In this document: one piece after another, positions 58,998 to 64,000 of the stretch
Layout of the letters: every line of letters starts with the position of its first letter
Numbering within the stretch: position 1 is the stretch's first letter
From: an uncultured Granulicatella sp.
GTDB lineage: Bacteria > Bacillota > Bacilli > Lactobacillales > Aerococcaceae
Length of the DNA: 64,000 nucleotides
Direction of reading: 5' to 3'
NCBI RefSeq assembly: GCF_963545075.1
Contig: NZ_CAUUHX010000002.1
Span: 954-64,953, forward strand
The notes under the pieces: generated by a model
Databases searched by the model: none
What the model saw: the letters and a program-made list of their open reading frames with translations, nothing else
Told to the model about the DNA's origin: nothing
Translations under genes and position numbers: made by a program

Positions 58998-59873
58998 TTA
59001 TTCTACATCAGAAAAATCAATTTTTTCTAATTTCAAGTCTTTTGGTTGAGTTACATCTTCACCAGCAAAGAATGTTTTAGAAATTTCAGTTAATGTTCCA
59101 TCTTCTTTCATTGATTTTAATGCTTCATTGAATTTTTGTTGGATAACATCATTTCCTAATTTAATAGAGAAGCTTGCGCTATATGGGTTTGCGTAAATAC
59201 CTTCGTTAATTTTAATTGGGAAAGTATCTTTACCGAATGCTACAGCAATTTTTTGTAAATAGTAGTCATTGATAATAACATCTGTACGACCATTTACTAA
59301 ATCAGACATATAAACATCATTTGTAACATTGTCATAGATAACTAATTCTGCACCTAATTTTTTAGCAATTTTCATGTAGTTTGTACTTGCAGCACCTGCA
59401 GCTTTTTTACCTTTTACATCAGCCCAAGAATAAATTCCTGAATTGTCGCTTTCTCGAACAACCATTGATGTAAATGAATATTTATGTGGTTCAGTACGTA
59501 AATATTTATCAATATTTTTTGCCCCATCTTCAATTGAATAGTTAGCAATATCTACTTGACCACTATCTAATGCTGTTAACATACCGTCAACACCCATTTC
59601 AGTGAATTCAACTTCTAATTTTAAGCGTTTAGCTACTTCTTTTACGATTTCAACATCATAACCAGTTAAAGAGTTGTCTTTATCAGTATGGAATGATTGT
59701 GGATATAAAGTACCCGCTGTTGCAACTTTAATCTTTCCTGCTTTCTCAATTGCATCCCAATTTTTTTGTGCTTGTGATACAGTATCTTTGCTTGTTGTAG
59801 TACTTGTTGAATTAGAACAAGCTCCTAAAAATAATGTTGCAGCAACTGCACCTAGTTTAAACCATTTGTTCAT
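58998..59873 (-). CDS. Amino acid ABC transporter substrate-binding lipoprotein
   Basis: MNKWFKLGAVAATLFLGACSN lipobox. ATG at 59873; the ORF track starts at 59921. SBP_bac_3-like sequence. Confidence 0.88.
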   Translation of the reverse strand: MNKWFKLGAVAATLFLGACSNSTSTTTSKDTVSQAQKNWDAIEKAGKIKVATAGTLYPQSFHTDKDNSLTGYDVEIVKEVAKRLKLEVEFTEMGVDGMLTALDSGQVDIANYSIEDGAKNIDKYLRTEPHKYSFTSMVVRESDNSGIYSWADVKGKKAAGAASTNYMKIAKKLGAELVIYDNVTNDVYMSDLVNGRTDVIINDYYLQKIAVAFGKDTFPIKINEGIYANPYSASFSIKLGNDVIQQKFNEALKSMKEDGTLTEISKTFFAGEDVTQPKDLKLEKIDFSDVE

Positions 59874-59959
59874 GATTTTACCTACCTTTTTCATATATTT
59901 TTGACTAACATAAAATAGCACACACTGAGAAGGAAATCAATCATTTTTTACTATTTTTA

Positions 59960-59994
59960 CAAAAAAATATAACAGATTGAAAAATCTGTTATAT
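59960..59994 (-). terminator. Terminator downstream of uvrC and repeat copy B
   Basis: Minus strand: TATAACAGAT-N6-ATCTGTTATA followed by T7. Confidence 0.7.
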
Positions 59995-60078
59995 AAAAAC
60001 TTGAACAATTCTAAACCTTTTTATAACAATTAAAGGTACAGAAGTGAGCCTGAATTAACACAATTCTCTCAAAACACA

Positions 60079-60364
60079 GCCTCACATCCCCAAGAGAAAT
60101 CACCATCCATGTACCCCAATAGGCAAACAGCGCAAAGCGCGCCTTTGCCACACGTAAGAACATTAAGGATTTTCACGTACAGAACATCCTAAACGTATCT
60201 AAAGTTAATGAATGGAACACATGGGATTTATCGCAGTTGTGAAATAAAAGCTTCCTGACATCAGGAAGCTTTTAAGGCAACATTTGAGACCCTAGGCTCA
60301 AATGTTAGCCATGAGACTCCGAAGGAGGCTGCTGGCGGGCCTCACAACTTTCCAGAGAAATCCC
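60079..60364 (+). repeat. Extra-long (about 286 nt) variant of the palindromic element / candidate structured RNA, copy B
   Basis: Collinear with 54574-54861. Shared 5' block AGGCAAACAGC..AAAGCGC..TTTGCCACACGT...ACATCCTAAACGTA...ACATGGGATT. H1 AAAAGCTTCCTGA-CA-TCAGGAAGCTTTT, H3 CTCC-GAA-GGAG. Closing helix GGGATTT..GTTGTG / CACAAC..AAATCCC. Ends 7 nt from the uvrC stop. Confidence 0.7.
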
Positions 60365-60371
60365 AATGAAT

Positions 60372-62144
60372 TTATTTCACTGATTCTTTGATTCTCTTTG
60401 CTACTTTCTCAGAAATTCCTAGTTTTTGAATCTCCTCGACTGTTGCCTCCTGGATTCCCTTCATCGTTTTAAAATGCTGTAATAATTTCGTACGAGTTTT
60501 TGGTCCAACTCCTTCAATGTCATCAAGAATCGAAGAAAAAGCATTTTTACTTCGTACTTGACGATGGAATGTAATCGCATATCGATGGACTTCCTCTTGA
60601 ATTCGTTGTAATAAATGGAATGCTTGGCTCGTTGGATCTAATTCAATTTGTTCATAATTTTCTCCATACAGTAAATGAGCAGTCTTATGTTTCTCATCCT
60701 TTACCATTCCAGCAATCGGAATATATAATCCAAGTTCATCTTCTAAAACTTCCATGGCAGCTCTCATCTGAACTTTTCCGCCATCCATCAAAATTAAATC
60801 AGGTAAAGGTTTCTGTTCTTTTAATAATCTAGAATATCGTCTTCTAACAACTTCTTGCGTCGTTAAAAATTCATGACTCCCTTGTACGGTTTTAATATTA
60901 AATTTTCGATAACTCTTCTTCTCTGGTTTTCCATCTCGATAAACGACCATTGCTGATACAGGATTTGTCCCTTGAATATTCGAGTGGTCGAATGATTCAA
61001 TCACGCTTAAACGACTTAAATCAAGTGCTTGTCGTAATTGTTCAACCGCACCTAATGTTTTTTGCTGACTATTTTCATCAATCTTGAATTTTTCAAGTAA
61101 AGCTACTTCACTATTTTGTGTTGCTAAATCCAGCATTCGTTTCTTTGGACCTCTTTGAGGAGTTAAAACTTTGACTTCTAATACTTCAGCTAGTAACTCC
61201 TTATCAATTTCTGATGGTACTAATATTTCTTTTGGCAAAATATGATTTTGTTCTTGATAAAATTGTACGATAAAAGATGTTAATTCCTCTTCTGCTGAAT
61301 TATAAATAGGGAATAAAGCTGCTTCTCTCTTAATAATGGTTGATTGTCTCAGCAAGAATACTTGAATAGAAATCCATCCTCTATCCATATAAAATGAGAA
61401 TACATCACGATTTGTAAAGTCTTGAGACATAATATGCTGTTTTTCTACGGTTGTTTCAATATATTGAATTTGATTTCTATAATCAATCGCTCGTTCAAAT
61501 TCTAATTGTTCTGAAGCTTCATCCATTTTCTTTTGCAAATCTTGCTTAATTTCTTTTACATCACCTTCAAGAAAACGTTGAATTTTTTTCTTTTGTTGTT
61601 GATAAATTTCTGGTGAAACTTCATGGTCGCAACAGCCAATACATTGCCCTAAATGATAATAAAAACAAGCACGCGTTTCATTTTTTCCACATTTTCTCAA
61701 TGGATAAATCTTTTGAATCAATTGTTGAGTTTCTGTTGCAGCATAAACATTCGGATAAGGTCCAAAATACATGCCTCCATCTTTTTCAACATTACTTGTA
61801 ATCACTAGTTGAGGATCTCGTTCATTCGTAATTTTTAAATAAGGATACATCGTTCCTTGTTTTAATTTAATATTGTAATAAGGTTGGTATTTCTTAATTA
61901 AATTAATTTCCAACAATAACGATTCTTTATTCGTTTTTGTGACAATAAATTCAAAATGATGAATCTCACTTACTAATTTTTCAGTTTTAGTATTATGTGC
62001 TCCACGGAAATAGGAGCGAACTCGATTTTTTAAGTTTTTTGCTTTACCAATATAAATAATTTCATCCTCTTGATTTTTCATCAAGTAACATCCTGGTAAA
62101 TCAGGCAATTGTTTTAACTTTTCTTCAATTAATTCACTTGCCAT
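60372..62144 (-). CDS. uvrC: Excinuclease ABC subunit C
   Basis: 590 aa. GIY-YIG N-terminus (GCYLMKNQEDEIIYIGKAKNLKNRVRSY), a Cys-rich region, the endonuclease V-like domain and a (HhH)2 C-terminus. Confidence 0.97.
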   Translation of the reverse strand: MASELIEEKLKQLPDLPGCYLMKNQEDEIIYIGKAKNLKNRVRSYFRGAHNTKTEKLVSEIHHFEFIVTKTNKESLLLEINLIKKYQPYYNIKLKQGTMYPYLKITNERDPQLVITSNVEKDGGMYFGPYPNVYAATETQQLIQKIYPLRKCGKNETRACFYYHLGQCIGCCDHEVSPEIYQQQKKKIQRFLEGDVKEIKQDLQKKMDEASEQLEFERAIDYRNQIQYIETTVEKQHIMSQDFTNRDVFSFYMDRGWISIQVFLLRQSTIIKREAALFPIYNSAEEELTSFIVQFYQEQNHILPKEILVPSEIDKELLAEVLEVKVLTPQRGPKKRMLDLATQNSEVALLEKFKIDENSQQKTLGAVEQLRQALDLSRLSVIESFDHSNIQGTNPVSAMVVYRDGKPEKKSYRKFNIKTVQGSHEFLTTQEVVRRRYSRLLKEQKPLPDLILMDGGKVQMRAAMEVLEDELGLYIPIAGMVKDEKHKTAHLLYGENYEQIELDPTSQAFHLLQRIQEEVHRYAITFHRQVRSKNAFSSILDDIEGVGPKTRTKLLQHFKTMKGIQEATVEEIQKLGISEKVAKRIKESVK

Positions 62145-62164
62145 CTTTTCGCTCCTTTCCCGTA

Positions 62165-63343
62165 CTATAATGCAGTTTGATAAATAATTCTTGCATCTTC
62201 TAATTCTAAATTATGATGCTCAGATAAATGGATTTTCTCGTGACGTCCTAAGCCTTCCACTAATGCTTCAATCACTGATTCATCTAATGAAACATCTTTA
62301 AAACGAATCGGTGCTCCTAATGATGCGAAGAATTCTTCTGTCTTTTCAATGGCTCCATTGACGATTTCTTCAGGTGTTCCTGATAACTCCCAACCTCGTT
62401 TACCATATTGAATCAATTTGTCCCATTTTTGTTCTTTACGGACTTTCATCATCGCAGGTAATACAATTGATAATGTACGTCCATGGTCGATTCCATGATT
62501 TAATGTAATTTCATGTCCTAAGGCATGAGTTGCCCAGTCTGTTGGGACTCCTGCAGAAATTGTCCCATTTAATGCATTTGTAGCACACCACATAAAGTTC
62601 GCTCTAGCTGCAAAATCATGATTCTCTTCATCAATAACTGTTGGTGCAATTTCAATTAATGTTTGTAAAATCCCTTCTGCATATCTGTCTTGTAATTTTG
62701 CATCTACAGGGTATGTTAAATAATTTTCCATTGTATGAATAAATGTATCTAAAACCCCATTGACTAATTGACGTTTTGGTAATGTATAGGTTAATTCAGG
62801 TTCTAATACTGAAAATTGAGGGAATGTTACATCCGGTCTAAAACTTACTTTTGCTTTTAATTCTACAAAAGTAATTACCGCTCCACTATTCATTTCTGAA
62901 GCAGTAGCAGGTAATGTTAAAATTGTTCCAAACGGAACAGCTTTCGTAACAGGAAGACCTTTTCCAAATCCACCTCGAAACATATCTAATGGATTACCCT
63001 CGAAAACACTTGCTGCAGCGACAAATTTTGTTCCATCAATGACAGAACCTCCACCAATCGCTAGCAAATAAGTAAAACCTTCTTCTTTCACTCGTGCAAC
63101 AGCTTTGATTAATGTTTCGTAAGTTGGGTTTGCTTCGATTCCACCAAACTCATCCCATTCACGATTTCCTAAGGCTTGTACAGCACGATCAAAGGCTCCA
63201 TTACGTTTAACGGAACCTCCTCCATATAAAATTAATACTTTTGCATCTTTTGGAATTTCTCCATCAATGTCCTTAATACGATCTGTTCCAAATAAAATTT
63301 TTGTTGGGTTTCTAAATGTAAAATTACGAATTCCTAATTCCAT
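62165..63343 (-). CDS. Iron-containing (group III) alcohol dehydrogenase, YqhD/BdhA-like
   Basis: MELGIRNFTFRNPTKILFG. AIGGGSVIDGTKF. ATG at 63343 with a TAGGAG RBS; the ORF track starts at 63376. Confidence 0.88.
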   Translation of the reverse strand: MELGIRNFTFRNPTKILFGTDRIKDIDGEIPKDAKVLILYGGGSVKRNGAFDRAVQALGNREWDEFGGIEANPTYETLIKAVARVKEEGFTYLLAIGGGSVIDGTKFVAAASVFEGNPLDMFRGGFGKGLPVTKAVPFGTILTLPATASEMNSGAVITFVELKAKVSFRPDVTFPQFSVLEPELTYTLPKRQLVNGVLDTFIHTMENYLTYPVDAKLQDRYAEGILQTLIEIAPTVIDEENHDFAARANFMWCATNALNGTISAGVPTDWATHALGHEITLNHGIDHGRTLSIVLPAMMKVRKEQKWDKLIQYGKRGWELSGTPEEIVNGAIEKTEEFFASLGAPIRFKDVSLDESVIEALVEGLGRHEKIHLSEHHNLELEDARIIYQTAL

Positions 63344-63411
63344 AGTATCTCCTACCTTTCTATTTGATGATATCAAGCTCTAGTTGTAGAGGCAAATCAC
63401 ACGACTTAAAA

Positions 63412-63447
63412 AGAAAAAAACTCCTGCAGGAATTTCCAACAGGAGTT
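63412..63447 (-). terminator. Terminator after the 63484-63819 ORF
   Basis: Minus strand: ACTCCTG-N13-CAGGAGT followed by T7. Confidence 0.7.
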
Positions 63448-63483
63448 GTTACAGATTACACTTCATCCATTATTTAAAATATC

Positions 63484-63819
63484 TTATTTGAAATAAATTT
63501 CTAAATATTTATCCAATCTCTCGGCTGAAATTTCTTTTTCTAATTTTGATATTTCAGTTGGACTTAAACTAATCTCGCCATGACATACACCAGCTTCATC
63601 ATATGCAACAATTACTTCACCAATGTCTTCCCGTTGTTCTCTTTGAACTTTTACAAAGTTCTGAAGTAAAGTTTGTTCTACTTCGGTCGCACAATGCTCA
63701 CGTAACAGGCAAAAATGTTCTGCAATTGCTGTTGGGATATAGTAACAATCCACTAATGTCATTGCTTCTTTTGAATTTTTAGATGCTTTACCTTTAGGTT
63801 TATTTTTTTGACGCTTCAT
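63484..63819 (-). CDS. Hypothetical small protein
   Basis: 111 aa from the ATG at 63819 (GAGAGG RBS). Basic N-terminus MKRQKNKPKGK. No family recognised. Confidence 0.5.
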   Translation of the reverse strand: MKRQKNKPKGKASKNSKEAMTLVDCYYIPTAIAEHFCLLREHCATEVEQTLLQNFVKVQREQREDIGEVIVAYDEAGVCHGEISLSPTEISKLEKEISAERLDKYLEIYFK

Positions 63820-64000
63820 GAATAACCTCTCTTGATTTCTCTTCATCTAGTATACAAAAAAATCATCCATAAGGCAAAAAGTTATCGTTAAAATTTTTAA
63901 ATATCAAAACTTTTTTAAGATTTTACTAGCTATTTTCCAAATGAGTCATTTCATGGTAGAATAGTAAACGAAATTGTTTCTTAAAGGAGTCAATATGTTA

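Noticed and set aside
59874-60078. T-box or other riboswitch leader upstream of the amino-acid ABC transporter
   Set aside because: No T-box sequence or specifier-loop features were recognisable. The region is explained by a terminator (59960-59994) and promoter-like AT-rich sequence.
63995-64000. Start of a plus-strand gene at the right edge (AAAGGAG-N6-ATG)
   Set aside because: Only two codons fall inside the window, which is too little to call a feature.

Overview
This is a 64-kb chromosomal window from a low-GC Bacillota genome with Bacilli-like gene order; I cannot assign the taxon by eye. Nearly all genes are on the minus strand.

Core region (about 25.7-64 kb): lepA, mgtE, hrcA-grpE-dnaK-dnaJ with a CIRCE operator, efp, purB, ribF, truB, rimP-nusA-ylxR-ylxQ-infB-rbfA, a DEAD-box helicase and uvrC. 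It is interrupted by a lantibiotic-immunity-like two-component/ABC module carrying two paralogous lipoproteins.

Left part: an AbiEi/AbiEii pair sits at the window edge, followed by a few core genes (hemH, a pyrimidine-dimer glycosylase). An AT-rich accessory/defence region then runs from about 6.2 to 25.4 kb. It contains:
- a PHP + Rad50-like ATPase (Ppl-like);
- a translationally coupled 3-gene cassette of a T5orf172-SF2 helicase and a split N6A methyltransferase, which I cannot assign to any named system and rank as the top novelty candidate;
- SIR2-HerA;
- an orphan PD-(D/E)xK nuclease;
- DUF4926 + CPCC small proteins;
- an orphan AbiEi paired with a small membrane protein;
- an IS remnant, SdpR/SdpI and an Abi_2 gene.

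The second strong signal is a modular palindromic intergenic element present in at least 15 copies (mini, short, long and about 287-nt forms). Its hairpins covary, and 9 copies lie 7-20 nt after the stop codon of a minus-strand gene.

I saw no rRNA gene, tRNA gene or CRISPR array. All protein calls rest on motif recognition by eye in the supplied translations; no searches were run.
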